Made by a program: the position numbers and the translations under genes
Assembly (NCBI GenBank): GCA_963744655.1
Contig: CAVUUJ010000002.1
Coordinates: 926,053 to 990,052, forward strand
Direction of reading: 5' to 3'
From: an uncultured bacterium
Lineage (GTDB): Bacteria; Verrucomicrobiota; Kiritimatiellia; PWTM01
Length of the DNA stretch: 64,000 nt
Part shown: positions 18,782 to 27,966 of the stretch, one piece after another
Position numbering within the stretch: position 1 is the stretch's first letter
How the letters are laid out: the number at the start of each line of letters is the position of its first letter
Notes under the pieces: model-generated
Database searches by the model: none
What the model saw: the letters and a program-made list of their open reading frames with translations, nothing else
Told to the model about the DNA's origin: nothing

Positions 18782-19525
18782 CTACCTCTTGCTGCGCCCC
18801 TCGATCACCACGTGCGTCGCGAACAGCATGAACGCGATCACGCTGGCGAAGTACACGAGGTCGCGCACGTCCACGACGCCCCGCTGCAGGGCGTTGAAGT
18901 GCGTGATGAAGCTGAAGGCGGCGACGCCGTTCACGAGCCACGCCGCCGCGAACCGGCCCAACAGGTCGGTCACCGGCGGGAACCCCGCGAGCAGGAAGAA
19001 GAGGCTCACGACGACCGCGAGGATGAAGCTGATGACCTGGTTGCGCGTGAGCGCGGAGGTGAGCATGCCGACGGCGAGGTACGCGCCGGCCAGCAGCGCG
19101 CTGCCGAGGTAGCCGGACACCACCACGCCCGCGTCGGGCCGGCCGAGGAACCAGGCCGTCGCCACCACGGGGAAGGTGAGCGCCAGCGCGAGCAGCAGGA
19201 ACAGCCACGCGGCGACGAACTTCCCCGCGATCGCCTGCCACGTGGTGATCGGCATCGTGAGGAGCAGCTCGAGCGTCCCGGAGCGGCGCTCCTCGGACCA
19301 CAGCCGCATCGCGACCGCCGGCACCAGGATCAGGTACAGCCACGGGTGCCAGAAGAAGAAGCCCCGCAGGTCGGCCTGGCCGCTCTCGTAGAAGCGGCCC
19401 ACCGCGAAGGTGAAGAACCCGGCCAGCGCCAGGAAGATGATGATGAACACGTACGCGACCGGCGAGTTGAAGTAGGCCGCCCACTCCCGCTTCGCCACCG
19501 CCCGGCTCCCGGCCCATGCGCCCAT
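18782..19525 (-). CDS. GldF-like ABC-2 permease
   Basis: REWAAYFNSPVAY, PAVAMRLWSEERRSGTLELLLTMP, GKF, SALTRNQVISF, RGVVDVRDLVYF. Confidence 0.9.
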   Translation of the reverse strand: MGAWAGSRAVAKREWAAYFNSPVAYVFIIIFLALAGFFTFAVGRFYESGQADLRGFFFWHPWLYLILVPAVAMRLWSEERRSGTLELLLTMPITTWQAIAGKFVAAWLFLLLALALTFPVVATAWFLGRPDAGVVVSGYLGSALLAGAYLAVGMLTSALTRNQVISFILAVVVSLFFLLAGFPPVTDLLGRFAAAWLVNGVAAFSFITHFNALQRGVVDVRDLVYFASVIAFMLFATHVVIEGRSKR

Positions 19526-19526
19526 G

Positions 19527-20492
19527 TTACGCCGCCTCCTTCCCGCCCGCGCCCGCCACGTCGGCCGTCGTGGTCAGGCTGCGGAACACGTCGTCGAGCC
19601 GCCCGTCCGAACTGCGGATGTCGTCGATCACCCATCCCCGGGCGCGCGCGACGCCGACCACGGCGTCGAGGGCCATGCGGCCGGCCCGCGGAACGACCCG
19701 CAGCGAGCACCGCCCGCCGTCCTCCGCCAGTCGCTCCACGCGGCCCACGTCGGCCGTGCCGCGGATCGCCTCGGCCGCCTCGGCGGCGGGCGCGTGCAGC
19801 GTGACGGTCACGACCCGGTAGTCCGCGCTCCGCTTCTTCAGTTCGCCGGGGGCGCCGTCGGCAACGATCACGCCGTTGCTGATGATCAGCGCCCGCGTGC
19901 AGATGGCCTCGACCTCCTCGAGGATGTGCGTGGACAGGACGATGACCTTCTCGCGGCCCATGCTGCGGATCATCTCCCGCACCACCTGCTTCTGGTTGGG
20001 GTCGAGCCCCTCGGTCGGCTCGTCCATGATCAGGACCGGGGGGTCGTGCAGGATCGCCTGGGCGAAGCACGTGCGCTGGCGGTACCCTTTGGAGAGGGTG
20101 TCGATCGGCTGGCGGCGCACCGAGCCGAGCAGGCACCGCTCCACCGCCGCGTCGGTGCGCGCCCGGCGCTCGGCGCCGCGGAACCCGCGCATCTCGGCGG
20201 CGAAGCGGAGGAACGCCTCCACGGTCATGTCGCCGTAGGCGGGCGCGTTCTCGGGGAGGTAGCCGATCGCGCAGCGCGCCTCGACCGGCTGCGCGGCGAC
20301 ATCGAACCCGCGCACCGTCGCGCGCCCGGCATCGGGGGGCAGGAACCCCGTCAGCATGCGCATCGTCGTCGTCTTGCCGGCGCCGTTGGGGCCGAGGAAG
20401 CCGAGCACCTCGCCCGGCCGGACCTCGAAGGACACGCCTCGCACGGCCGGCCGGCCGTCGAAGGTCTTCACGAGCTCGCTTGCCTGGATCAT
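19527..20492 (-). CDS. GldA-like ABC ATP-binding protein
   Basis: Walker A GPNGAGKTT, signature LSKGYRQR, Walker B LIMDEPT, STHIL. Confidence 0.93.
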   Translation of the reverse strand: MIQASELVKTFDGRPAVRGVSFEVRPGEVLGFLGPNGAGKTTTMRMLTGFLPPDAGRATVRGFDVAAQPVEARCAIGYLPENAPAYGDMTVEAFLRFAAEMRGFRGAERRARTDAAVERCLLGSVRRQPIDTLSKGYRQRTCFAQAILHDPPVLIMDEPTEGLDPNQKQVVREMIRSMGREKVIVLSTHILEEVEAICTRALIISNGVIVADGAPGELKKRSADYRVVTVTLHAPAAEAAEAIRGTADVGRVERLAEDGGRCSLRVVPRAGRMALDAVVGVARARGWVIDDIRSSDGRLDDVFRSLTTTADVAGAGGKEAA

Positions 20493-20541
20493 GGGGAACC
20501 CCCTCGTGCCGCGATGAACGGCCCGGAAACTGAAGGGCGTA

Positions 20542-20569
20542 AGACTAGCGGACGGCCCCGGGCGTTCAA
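20542..20569 (-). promoter_or_regulatory. Putative sigma70 promoter of the gld-like operon
   Basis: Minus strand TTGAAC, 16 bp, TAGTCT, preceded by a T5 tract. Confidence 0.35.
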
Positions 20570-20622
20570 CGAAAAACCAGGAGGCGCGCCGCCGGCCGCC
20601 GCGGAGCGCCGCGGGGCGCGGC

Positions 20623-21909
20623 TCACCCGCGCGTCGCGGCCGGGCGCCGGTCCGTGGAAAGGAAGACCGTGAACAGCACCGCGGCGGCGCCGGCGAAGGC
20701 AGCGCCCAGCCGGAAGGCCGCGGCGGGGCCGATCGCCGTCCAGAAGACGCCGAACACGAGGCTCGCGGGCAGGGCGGCGAGCCCGACCAGTCCGTGGTAC
20801 AGGCCGAAGGCGGCCCCACGCCGTTCCGGTGGCACGAGATCGGCGACAAGCGCCTTCTCCACGCCCTCGGTCAGGCCGTAGTACGCGCCGTAGGCGAGGA
20901 AGAGCGCCCAGAAATGCGCGGCGTCGCTCACAACGGCCATGCCGAGGTAGACCAGGGCGTAGAGGCCCCAGCCCGCCAGGATGACCGGCCGCCGCCCGAA
21001 GCGGTCGGAGAGCAGGCCGCCGGGCAGGCTGAACGCGATCTTCGAGAGGTGCAGCGCGACCCACAGGCCGACGACCGCGAAGAGCGAGAAACCGAACCGT
21101 TCCCGCGCGTAGAGCAGCAGGAAGAGGTCGGAGCTGTTGCCCAGCGCGAACACCGCGGCGATGCCGGCGAAGGCGCGGAATCGCCGGGGCAGTCCCCGCC
21201 AGGCGGCCGCGCGCGGCCCGGCCGCCGCGGGCGCCGCGGGCGGCGGCGCGATCTCGCGCACGCGGAACGCGAGCACCGCCATGGCCGCCAGCCCCGGCAG
21301 CACCGCGAAGGCGAAAAGCACGCGCAGGGCGCGCATCTCGGCCGCGTCCGGCGCCGCCCCGGCCGCGCCGCCCCACCCGAAGCGCCCGAGCAGGAGCCAC
21401 AGCACCAGCACCGCGGCGAGCGGGCCGAGCACGGCGCCGGCGTGGTCCATCGCCCGGTGGAAACTGAAGGCGAGCCCGCGGCGCCCGGCGTCCACCGAGT
21501 CCCCGATCAGCGCGTCGCGCGGCGCCGTGCGGACGCCCTTGCCGACCCGGTCGGCGAACTTGAGGGCCACGACGTGCCACGCCGCGCCCGCGAGCGCCAG
21601 GAACGGCCGGGCCGCCGAGGAGATCCCGTACCCCGCCAGCACGAGCGCCTTGCGGCGGCCAAGCCGGTCGCTCAACCCGCCGGAGACCAGCTTGAGGAGG
21701 CTGGCCGTCGCTTCCGCGACGCCCTCGCTCAGGCCCACCCACAGGGCCGCCGCGCCGGCGGGCGCGAGCCCGGCGATGAACAGCGGCAGCAGCGGGTTCA
21801 TCATCTCGCTGGAAAAGTCGGTGAACAGGCTGACCAGCCCCATCGCGAGCACGTTGCCGGTGAACACCGTTCGCCAGGAACCGCGGGCTTTCGCCTGTTC
21901 GTCCGCCAT
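20623..21909 (-). CDS. MFS transporter
   Basis: VSLFTDFSSEM, GGLSDRLGRRK (motif A), DRVGKGVRTAPRDALI, HRAMDHAGA, second LSDRFGRR. Confidence 0.92.
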   Translation of the reverse strand: MADEQAKARGSWRTVFTGNVLAMGLVSLFTDFSSEMMNPLLPLFIAGLAPAGAAALWVGLSEGVAEATASLLKLVSGGLSDRLGRRKALVLAGYGISSAARPFLALAGAAWHVVALKFADRVGKGVRTAPRDALIGDSVDAGRRGLAFSFHRAMDHAGAVLGPLAAVLVLWLLLGRFGWGGAAGAAPDAAEMRALRVLFAFAVLPGLAAMAVLAFRVREIAPPPAAPAAAGPRAAAWRGLPRRFRAFAGIAAVFALGNSSDLFLLLYARERFGFSLFAVVGLWVALHLSKIAFSLPGGLLSDRFGRRPVILAGWGLYALVYLGMAVVSDAAHFWALFLAYGAYYGLTEGVEKALVADLVPPERRGAAFGLYHGLVGLAALPASLVFGVFWTAIGPAAAFRLGAAFAGAAAVLFTVFLSTDRRPAATRG

Positions 21910-22043
21910 GGTGAGCCCTCCCGCCGCGGGGTGCGCGCCGACGCCCCATTCTGCACGGCCCGGCCCGGAACGCAACCGGCGCGGGCGGGCGTGGAGCGGG
22001 CGGCCCGCGCGCGGTAAGCTGCCCGCGGAAGGAGGGACACGCC

Positions 22044-22337
22044 ATGTACGTAACGAGGGTCCACGTGCACGTGAAGCCGGGCCGGGCGGACGCGTTCCTC
22101 GCGGCGACGCGCGCGAACCACGAGGCCTCGACGGCGGAACCGGGCAACCGGCGGTTCGACGTCCTGCACTCGCGCGAGGATCCCGCGTGGTTCGTGCTCT
22201 ACGAGGCCTACGCCACCGCGGCGGACGCCGTGGCGCACAAGGAAACGGCGCACTACCGGGCCTGGCGCGACGCGGTGGCCGACGCCATGGCCGAACCGCG
22301 CAAGGCGTTCGTCTTCGACGGGCGCTACCCGGCGTAG
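22044..22337 (+). CDS. ABM-domain protein (LsrG/putative quinol monooxygenase-like)
   Basis: EPGNRRFDVL, FVLYEAY, AHKETAHY.AWR. Strong AAGGAGG RBS. Confidence 0.85.
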   Translation: MYVTRVHVHVKPGRADAFLAATRANHEASTAEPGNRRFDVLHSREDPAWFVLYEAYATAADAVAHKETAHYRAWRDAVADAMAEPRKAFVFDGRYPA

Positions 22338-22378
22338 CCCGGCGCCCGGCCGGCGGCCGACAGCCTGCCGGCCCCGTT

Positions 22379-22399
22379 GGTGCCCGCACCGCGGGCACC
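22379..22399. terminator. GC-rich hairpin between convergent genes (possible terminator/REP-like)
   Basis: GGTGCCCGC-ACC-GCGGGCACC, perfect 9-bp stem. No clear U-tract. Confidence 0.4.
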
Positions 22400-22532
22400 T
22401 CGTCGCGTGACCACGTTGTCACGCCGCGTGAGCCGCGTCAGGCCGCGGCAACGTAGCCTTCACGCGGTGGTACGTAACTCACGTGGCGGCCGCGAAGCGG
22501 CGGCCTATTCGCACCCTCGCGAACCATCCCGG

Positions 22533-23669
22533 CTAGCGGGCCGGCCCCTGCGCGGCCTGGTAGCGGCGCATGAAGCGGAGGTCGAGCAGGTCCTTGAACC
22601 GCAGGGCCCACCGGCCGCGCCACGCGGCGCCGTGCCACAGGAACAGGCCCGTGCCGTCGCCGAGGTCCAGGATCAGCAGGTAGCGCCGCGGCGGCCGGAA
22701 CGGCCGCGGCGCAGGCCGGCCCTCCGCGGCGGCCAGCAGGTTGTGCCACAGCACGGGCCCCTGGCGCACGGCGTACACGCCGACACGGTCGAGCGCGGCG
22801 CCCTCCAGCGCGATCCCGTCGCCGCCCCCGAACACCTCCGCGTGGCTCACGCTGCGGAGAAAGGCGTCCACGCGCAGCGCGCCCCCGGCCGTGGCGGCCA
22901 GCCACGATCCGGACAGCAGGGGCGCGGGCGTCACGCCGGTCGCCAACAGCGCCACGTCGGCGGCGGCCTGCCCGCCGGAGGCGAGCCGCACGGAGGCCAC
23001 CCCGACCTCCTCCAGCCGCTCGCCCGTCCGCACGGCGACCCCCGCGCCCTCGAGCGCGGCGCGGGCACGGGCGGCGGCGGCCGGGGGGTGCGCGGGCAAC
23101 AGCCGCGCGGACGCGGCGTAAAGGGTGACGCGGTGCCGCGCCGCGCGCGGCCGCAGCAGGGCGCCCAGGCTGGCGGCCAGCTCGCACCCCGCCGGCCCCC
23201 CGCCGGCGACCACCGCGCGCACCGGTGCGCCCGCCGCGTCGACCTGCAGCAACCGGCGGCGAAGGGCGGCGAGGCCCTCGACCGGCTTGGCGGGCACGGC
23301 GTGGCGCGCCGCGCCGCGCACCGTTTCCAGCGGGACGCGGCTGCCCGTGTTGAGCGAGAGCAGGTGGTAATCGACCGAGCCTCCGCCGCGCAGGCGGACC
23401 CGCCGGGCGGCCGCGTCGACCGACACCGCCTCGTCCCGTACGAACCGTCCCCCGCGCGACGCGACCAGCCGCTCGACGTCCACGCGGTCCTCCTCGAGCG
23501 TTCGCCGCCCCGACAGCAGGCCCGGCCCCATGCCGGAGTAGTGGAACGGCCCGGGCGCGACCACCGTCACGCGGTGGCCGCGGCGGGTGAAGGCGTCGAG
23601 GTGCGCGAGGGCGTACAGGTGCGCGTGGCCGGCGCCGACGAACACGACGTGCCGTTCGCGGCCGCTCAT
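22533..23669 (-). CDS. FAD-dependent pyridine nucleotide-disulfide oxidoreductase (NDH-2/SelD N-terminal-like)
   Basis: VFVGAGHAH, YSGMGPG, LSLNTGS, VAGGGPAGCE, FGGGD, GVYAVRQGPVL.HNL, KDLLDLRFM. Confidence 0.88.
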   Translation of the reverse strand: MSGRERHVVFVGAGHAHLYALAHLDAFTRRGHRVTVVAPGPFHYSGMGPGLLSGRRTLEEDRVDVERLVASRGGRFVRDEAVSVDAAARRVRLRGGGSVDYHLLSLNTGSRVPLETVRGAARHAVPAKPVEGLAALRRRLLQVDAAGAPVRAVVAGGGPAGCELAASLGALLRPRAARHRVTLYAASARLLPAHPPAAAARARAALEGAGVAVRTGERLEEVGVASVRLASGGQAAADVALLATGVTPAPLLSGSWLAATAGGALRVDAFLRSVSHAEVFGGGDGIALEGAALDRVGVYAVRQGPVLWHNLLAAAEGRPAPRPFRPPRRYLLILDLGDGTGLFLWHGAAWRGRWALRFKDLLDLRFMRRYQAAQGPAR

Positions 23670-24430
23670 CGCGCCGCTCTCCCCACCGGCGCCAGGTAGA
23701 CCGTGAACTCGTCGCGGCCGTCGACGCCGAGCAGCGCGTCCATGGCGTCCTGGTCGTACGCCGCGACGGCGCAGGTCCCCGCGCCCACCGCTTCGCAGGC
23801 GAGGTACAGGTTCTGGCAGACGTGCCCGGCGTCGAGGGCGAGCACCTTGTACGCGCAGGGCCCGTAGCGCCACTCCATGCGGTACGGCACCGCCGTCCAA
23901 GCGAACGTCACCGCCGCCTCCCCCGCGAACGCCTGGCCGAACGCCGCGGCCGCCGCGCGTTCCGGGAGCCGCTCCGTGTCGTGCTCGTGCAGGAGCTGGT
24001 GTTCGAGCGGCAGGTAGCGGTAGACCGCGTGGGCCCGCAGGCCGTCGACGCGGAAGACGAGCAGGTAGGTCTCCAGCGCGTGGCGCGCACCGGCGGAGGG
24101 CACGGTCCGCAACCCGACGGCCGGGCCGGCGACGCGGCGTACGCCCTGCGTCGCCCACAGCAGGAACGCGAGCTCGTCGAGGCGCAGCGCGCCGGGACCG
24201 AACGTCCGGCGGCTCCGCCGCCGCCGGATCGCGTCGGCCACGCCCAGGCCGCCGAGGCCCCGCCACCGTCCCGGCCGGGGCAGGTCGACGCGGGGACGCA
24301 GGGGGTCGAACGGCTTCTCGAGGGGCGGCGGCGGCACGCCCCGGTGCTGGTCCGTGCGGGAGAAGTCCGTCTCCTTGCGCCGGCTGTCCTTCAGAAAGTC
24401 GCGGCCCTCGTCGCGCGGCGGTGCGCTCAT
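23666..24430 (-). CDS. SagB/ThcOx-family nitroreductase-like dehydrogenase
   Basis: RRRSRRTF, LLWATQG, RTVPSAGARHALETY, LDAGHVCQNLYLACEA. ATGA overlap with the downstream oxidoreductase. Confidence 0.9.
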   Translation of the reverse strand: MSAPPRDEGRDFLKDSRRKETDFSRTDQHRGVPPPPLEKPFDPLRPRVDLPRPGRWRGLGGLGVADAIRRRRSRRTFGPGALRLDELAFLLWATQGVRRVAGPAVGLRTVPSAGARHALETYLLVFRVDGLRAHAVYRYLPLEHQLLHEHDTERLPERAAAAAFGQAFAGEAAVTFAWTAVPYRMEWRYGPCAYKVLALDAGHVCQNLYLACEAVGAGTCAVAAYDQDAMDALLGVDGRDEFTVYLAPVGRAAR

Positions 24431-24587
24431 GCGCGGTCTCCCCGGGGCGCCGTCCCCCTGCGGCGCCCCGCGGCCATTCTGCGCCGGGCCCGCCGCTTTT
24501 CCAAGGGTGGGAACCGTCCGCCGCCGCGCCGTCCGGGGCTTGGAAGCCGGGTTGCGCAAAGGGCCGGGCGCGGGGATGATGGGCGGG

Positions 24588-25880
24588 ATGAACGGGTACC
24601 TGGCAGCGGTCGTGGTCCTGCTGGTCGCGCGCTGGCTGGCGGGGGCGGTGGCGGACCTGCTCAACCTGCGCTGCGCGAGCCCCGAGATGCCGGCGGCATT
24701 CGCTGGATGGATCGACGCCGGCCGCTACGCGCGGTCGCAGCGCTACCTGCGGGAGTCCACGCGGCTGGGGGCGATCGAATCCGCCGCGGCCCTCGCGCTC
24801 ACGCTGGCCTTCATCCTGTCCGGCGGCTTCGGCCTGCTGGACCGCGCGGCCCGCGCCGCGGGCTGGGGCCTGGCGGGCACGGGGCTCGCCTTCACCGGCA
24901 TGGCCCTGCTGCTGGCCGACCTGCTGCAGCTTCCGTTCGACGCCTACGACACCTTCGTGCTGGAGGCGCGCTACGGGTTCAACCGCACCACCCCGCGCAC
25001 CTTCGCGCTGGACCGGCTGAAGGCGTGGCTGCTCACGGCGCTGATCGGCGCCCCCCTCTTCGCCGTCCTCCTGGCGTTCTTCGACCGGGCGGGCGCCGGC
25101 GGCTGGGTGTGGGCGTGGGCGGCGGTGGCCGCGGTGCAGCTCGCGCTGGCCTACCTCGCCCCCGTGTGGATCCTGCCCCTGTTCAACCGGTTCACGCCGC
25201 TGGAGGAGGGCGAGCTGCGCGGCGCGATCGAGCGCTACGCCCAAGCCCAGGGGTTCCGCCTCGGCGGCATCTTCTCGATCGACGGGTCGCGCCGCTCGTC
25301 GCGCGGCAACGCCTACTTCACGGGGTTCGGGCGGACGAAGCGCATCGCGCTCTACGACACGCTCGTGGAGAAGCACCCGGTGCGCGAGCTGCTGGCCGTG
25401 CTCGCGCACGAGATCGGGCACCACCGCCTCGGCCACGTGCGCCGGCTGCTGCTGGCCTCGCTGCTCTCCACGGGCCTGCTGCTCTTCCTGCTTTCCCTGT
25501 TCCTCGCGCGCCCGGGCCTCTATGCCGCGTTCGGCGTGTCGTTCGACCCCGTGGGCGGCCGGCCGCCGATCTACGCCGGCATGACCTTCTTCGGGTTTCT
25601 CTACGCGCCGGTCGCCTTCGTGCTCGGGCTGGCGGTGCACGCCGCCTCGCGCCGCTTCGAGTACGCCGCCGACGCCTTCGCAGCGCGGTCGACCGGGGAT
25701 GCGGCCGCGCTGGCCGACGCCCTGCGGCGGCTCTCCGTGGACCAGCTGGCCAACCTCACCCCGCACCCGTTCAAGGTCGCGCTCGAGTACGATCACCCGC
25801 CGGTCACCGCCCGGCTGCAGGCGCTCGGGGTCCTCGCCGGCGCTGAGGCGGACCGGGCCGCGGGCGGTCCGGCGCCCTGA
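24588..25880 (+). CDS. M48A Ste24-like membrane zinc endopeptidase
   Basis: FVLEARYGFNRTT, ILPLFNRFTPL, DGSRRSSRGNAYFTGFG, HEIGH (HExxH), EYAAD, DHPP. Confidence 0.93.
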   Translation: MNGYLAAVVVLLVARWLAGAVADLLNLRCASPEMPAAFAGWIDAGRYARSQRYLRESTRLGAIESAAALALTLAFILSGGFGLLDRAARAAGWGLAGTGLAFTGMALLLADLLQLPFDAYDTFVLEARYGFNRTTPRTFALDRLKAWLLTALIGAPLFAVLLAFFDRAGAGGWVWAWAAVAAVQLALAYLAPVWILPLFNRFTPLEEGELRGAIERYAQAQGFRLGGIFSIDGSRRSSRGNAYFTGFGRTKRIALYDTLVEKHPVRELLAVLAHEIGHHRLGHVRRLLLASLLSTGLLLFLLSLFLARPGLYAAFGVSFDPVGGRPPIYAGMTFFGFLYAPVAFVLGLAVHAASRRFEYAADAFAARSTGDAAALADALRRLSVDQLANLTPHPFKVALEYDHPPVTARLQALGVLAGAEADRAAGGPAP

Positions 25881-25901
25881 CCGCGCCGCTCGTCGCGCGG
25901 C

Positions 25902-26882
25902 TCAGCCCCCCAGGCGCCGGCGGCGGACGGTCAGCGCGCCACCGGGGCCGGTCTCCAGGAACAGCAGCCCCCCCGCAACGTGGCGCCCGGCGCCGAAGGT
26001 GCTGGGGCACACGACCGGCTTGAAGGCCTCCCACGTGGCCGCCCCGCGGCTGCCGTGCGCGATGATGCGGGCCACGGGATACTTCGGCGACACGCGGGGC
26101 AGCCGCCCCATGAGGCGGTTGACGTGGAGGAGCCGGGGCGCGTGCAGGTGCCCGAGCACGGTCCGCTCGATTGCGGCCAGCCGCGCGCGCACCGCCGGCC
26201 GCGCGTGCAGCGCGGCCAGGGCGCTCGGGTCGTGGCAGAACAGGAGCACCCGCGCGCCGGCGGGCAGGCCCTCGAAGGCCGCGTCGACCTCCTCCTCGTG
26301 GCGCCGGCGGCAGGCGAGCCAGCGGGACACCTCGTCCGGCAGGGCCTCGGGAAGGAAGAGGTCGAGCGTGAACAGCGTCGAGTTGATCCCGATCAGGTGA
26401 AAGGGCTCCGCGCGCTCGTGCCAGAACGACCGGAGACCGAGCGCCTCCTCGCCCCGCGTGAGGCTGTCGAGCCGGATGCCGCCCTGCCGCAGCTCGGTGC
26501 TGTACTTGCCCAACTCGTGGTCGCCGAAGACGAACCGCGCGCGGCCCGGGAAGGTGGCGCGCACGAGGTCGAGCACGCCCGCCACGCTCTCGAACGTGCG
26601 CGCGTCGCTCAGCCCGACGCCGTGCGCGTCGCCGCCGTAATCGCCGTTCGCGACCACCCAGTCGGGGTCGAACCGGCCGATCTCGTCCAGCGCGCGCAGG
26701 AAGCACGCGTGGCGGGACTCGGGGTGCGAGGTCCAGAACCGGCCCCGGGCGCGGTGCAGGCCGCGCCGCCACCACCGCCGCAGGCGGCCGGCGCCGGACC
26801 CGAGGTCGTGCGCGATGGCGTGGGCGCGCTCGCGCTCGGAGGGCCCCAGCACGTGGATGTCGGAGAGTACCGCGAGGCGCAT
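25902..26882 (-). CDS. Metallophosphoesterase-fold protein
   Basis: LSDIH, NGDYGGD, FGDHE, FCHD, GHLH. Confidence 0.75.
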   Translation of the reverse strand: MRLAVLSDIHVLGPSERERAHAIAHDLGSGAGRLRRWWRRGLHRARGRFWTSHPESRHACFLRALDEIGRFDPDWVVANGDYGGDAHGVGLSDARTFESVAGVLDLVRATFPGRARFVFGDHELGKYSTELRQGGIRLDSLTRGEEALGLRSFWHERAEPFHLIGINSTLFTLDLFLPEALPDEVSRWLACRRRHEEEVDAAFEGLPAGARVLLFCHDPSALAALHARPAVRARLAAIERTVLGHLHAPRLLHVNRLMGRLPRVSPKYPVARIIAHGSRGAATWEAFKPVVCPSTFGAGRHVAGGLLFLETGPGGALTVRRRRLGG

Positions 26883-26895
26883 GGCCTCTCCCGGG

Positions 26896-27780
26896 CTACA
26901 GCAGGGCGGCCAGCCCGAAGGCGAGGAACAGCGCGTCGTCGACGTCCTGCTCGCCCGCCCCGCCGCCGGTGAACTCGATCCGGCGGTCGAACGTCACGCC
27001 GAGCCGGAAGGTCACCTCGACGGTGTCCCCCAGCAGGCGGTGGACGCCGGCGTAGGCGCGGGTGTCCTCGTAGCGGAAGCGGTCGCGCGGGTCGGCGTCT
27101 TCCAGCTGGAACTCCCATGCGCGGTGGACGGCGACACCGAGCGCGGCCGACCAGGCGGGGGCGAGCTGCCACAGCATCCGCGACTCGGGGTAGTAGAGAT
27201 CGAACAGCAGGCCGTCGGTCGCGATCCACCGGATGCCGACGAGGGGGTCGGCCACCCGGTCGAAGCCCGGGTAGACCGAGACGCCCGCCTGCACGGCGAC
27301 GCGATCGCTGAGGGCCTGGATGGCGGACAGCGCGAAGGGGAAGGCGATGTCGTCGGTCCCGGCGTCCTCGAAATCGCTGTACAGGCCCGGCATCACGTCG
27401 GCGCGGAAGGTGAACGCCTGGTAGGTGCGAAGGTCCCACCGCGCGCGCAGGCCGAACTGCCCGAACTGGTCCGGCAGCCCGGCGATCTCGCCGCCGGTGG
27501 TGAGCCACGTGCGGAGGAACCCCGTGAACTGGAAGTCGCCGATACCGGTCCGGTAGTAGCCGATCTCCGCGTGGGCCCGCTCCTCGACGAAACCGAAATC
27601 GCCCGCGGCCCGCTCGACCGCGCCCCGCCCGACGAAGCCGAGTTCGAGCGCGGCCAGCGGCTCGGTCACCTGGTCGACCACGGGGCAGAACGGGTACCCG
27701 GAGTCCTCGGCGAGGGCGGCGGACGCCGCCGCGCACGCTACGGCCAGCCCGGCGATCCGGGTCCGTGCGGATGTCGTCAT
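26896..27780 (-). CDS. Secreted, probable outer-membrane beta-barrel protein (DUF6268-like)
   Basis: Signal peptide ending ALA, PGLYSDF motif, amphipathic aromatic-rich beta strands. AAGGAG RBS. Confidence 0.6.
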   Translation of the reverse strand: MTTSARTRIAGLAVACAAASAALAEDSGYPFCPVVDQVTEPLAALELGFVGRGAVERAAGDFGFVEERAHAEIGYYRTGIGDFQFTGFLRTWLTTGGEIAGLPDQFGQFGLRARWDLRTYQAFTFRADVMPGLYSDFEDAGTDDIAFPFALSAIQALSDRVAVQAGVSVYPGFDRVADPLVGIRWIATDGLLFDLYYPESRMLWQLAPAWSAALGVAVHRAWEFQLEDADPRDRFRYEDTRAYAGVHRLLGDTVEVTFRLGVTFDRRIEFTGGGAGEQDVDDALFLAFGLAALL

Positions 27781-27826
27781 GTCTTCTCCTTCCGTGCGCG
27801 GCGCGCGAGGGGCCGCGGACCACGTC

Positions 27827-27854
27827 ATTGTAGGGCCCCGCGGCGCGGGGTCAA
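27827..27854 (-). promoter_or_regulatory. Near-consensus sigma70 promoter of beta-barrel gene
   Basis: Minus strand TTGACC, 16 bp, TACAAT. Confidence 0.55.
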
Positions 27855-27871
27855 CACGGCGAACAATCCGC

Positions 27872-27900
27872 TTGGCGCCGCGCGGGCCCGGTGGCATAGT
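27872..27900 (+). promoter_or_regulatory. Putative divergent promoter of efp
   Basis: TTGGCG, 17 bp, CATAGT, with an extended TG at 27892-27893. Confidence 0.35.
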
Positions 27901-27966
27901 GTGCGGCCCTTTTTCGGCCCCTGCGCCACCGTGGCCGCGGGCCGCCCCCGGGAGGAGGGTGCCGAC

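Noticed and set aside
22400-22490. Mini CRISPR array
   Set aside because: The units are degenerate and adjacent without unique spacers, and there are no cas genes.
23666-24430. Azole-RiPP (TOMM) biosynthetic cluster
   Set aside because: No YcaO cyclodehydratase or precursor peptide is adjacent. The Cys-rich ORF is 13 kb away and has a Sec signal.
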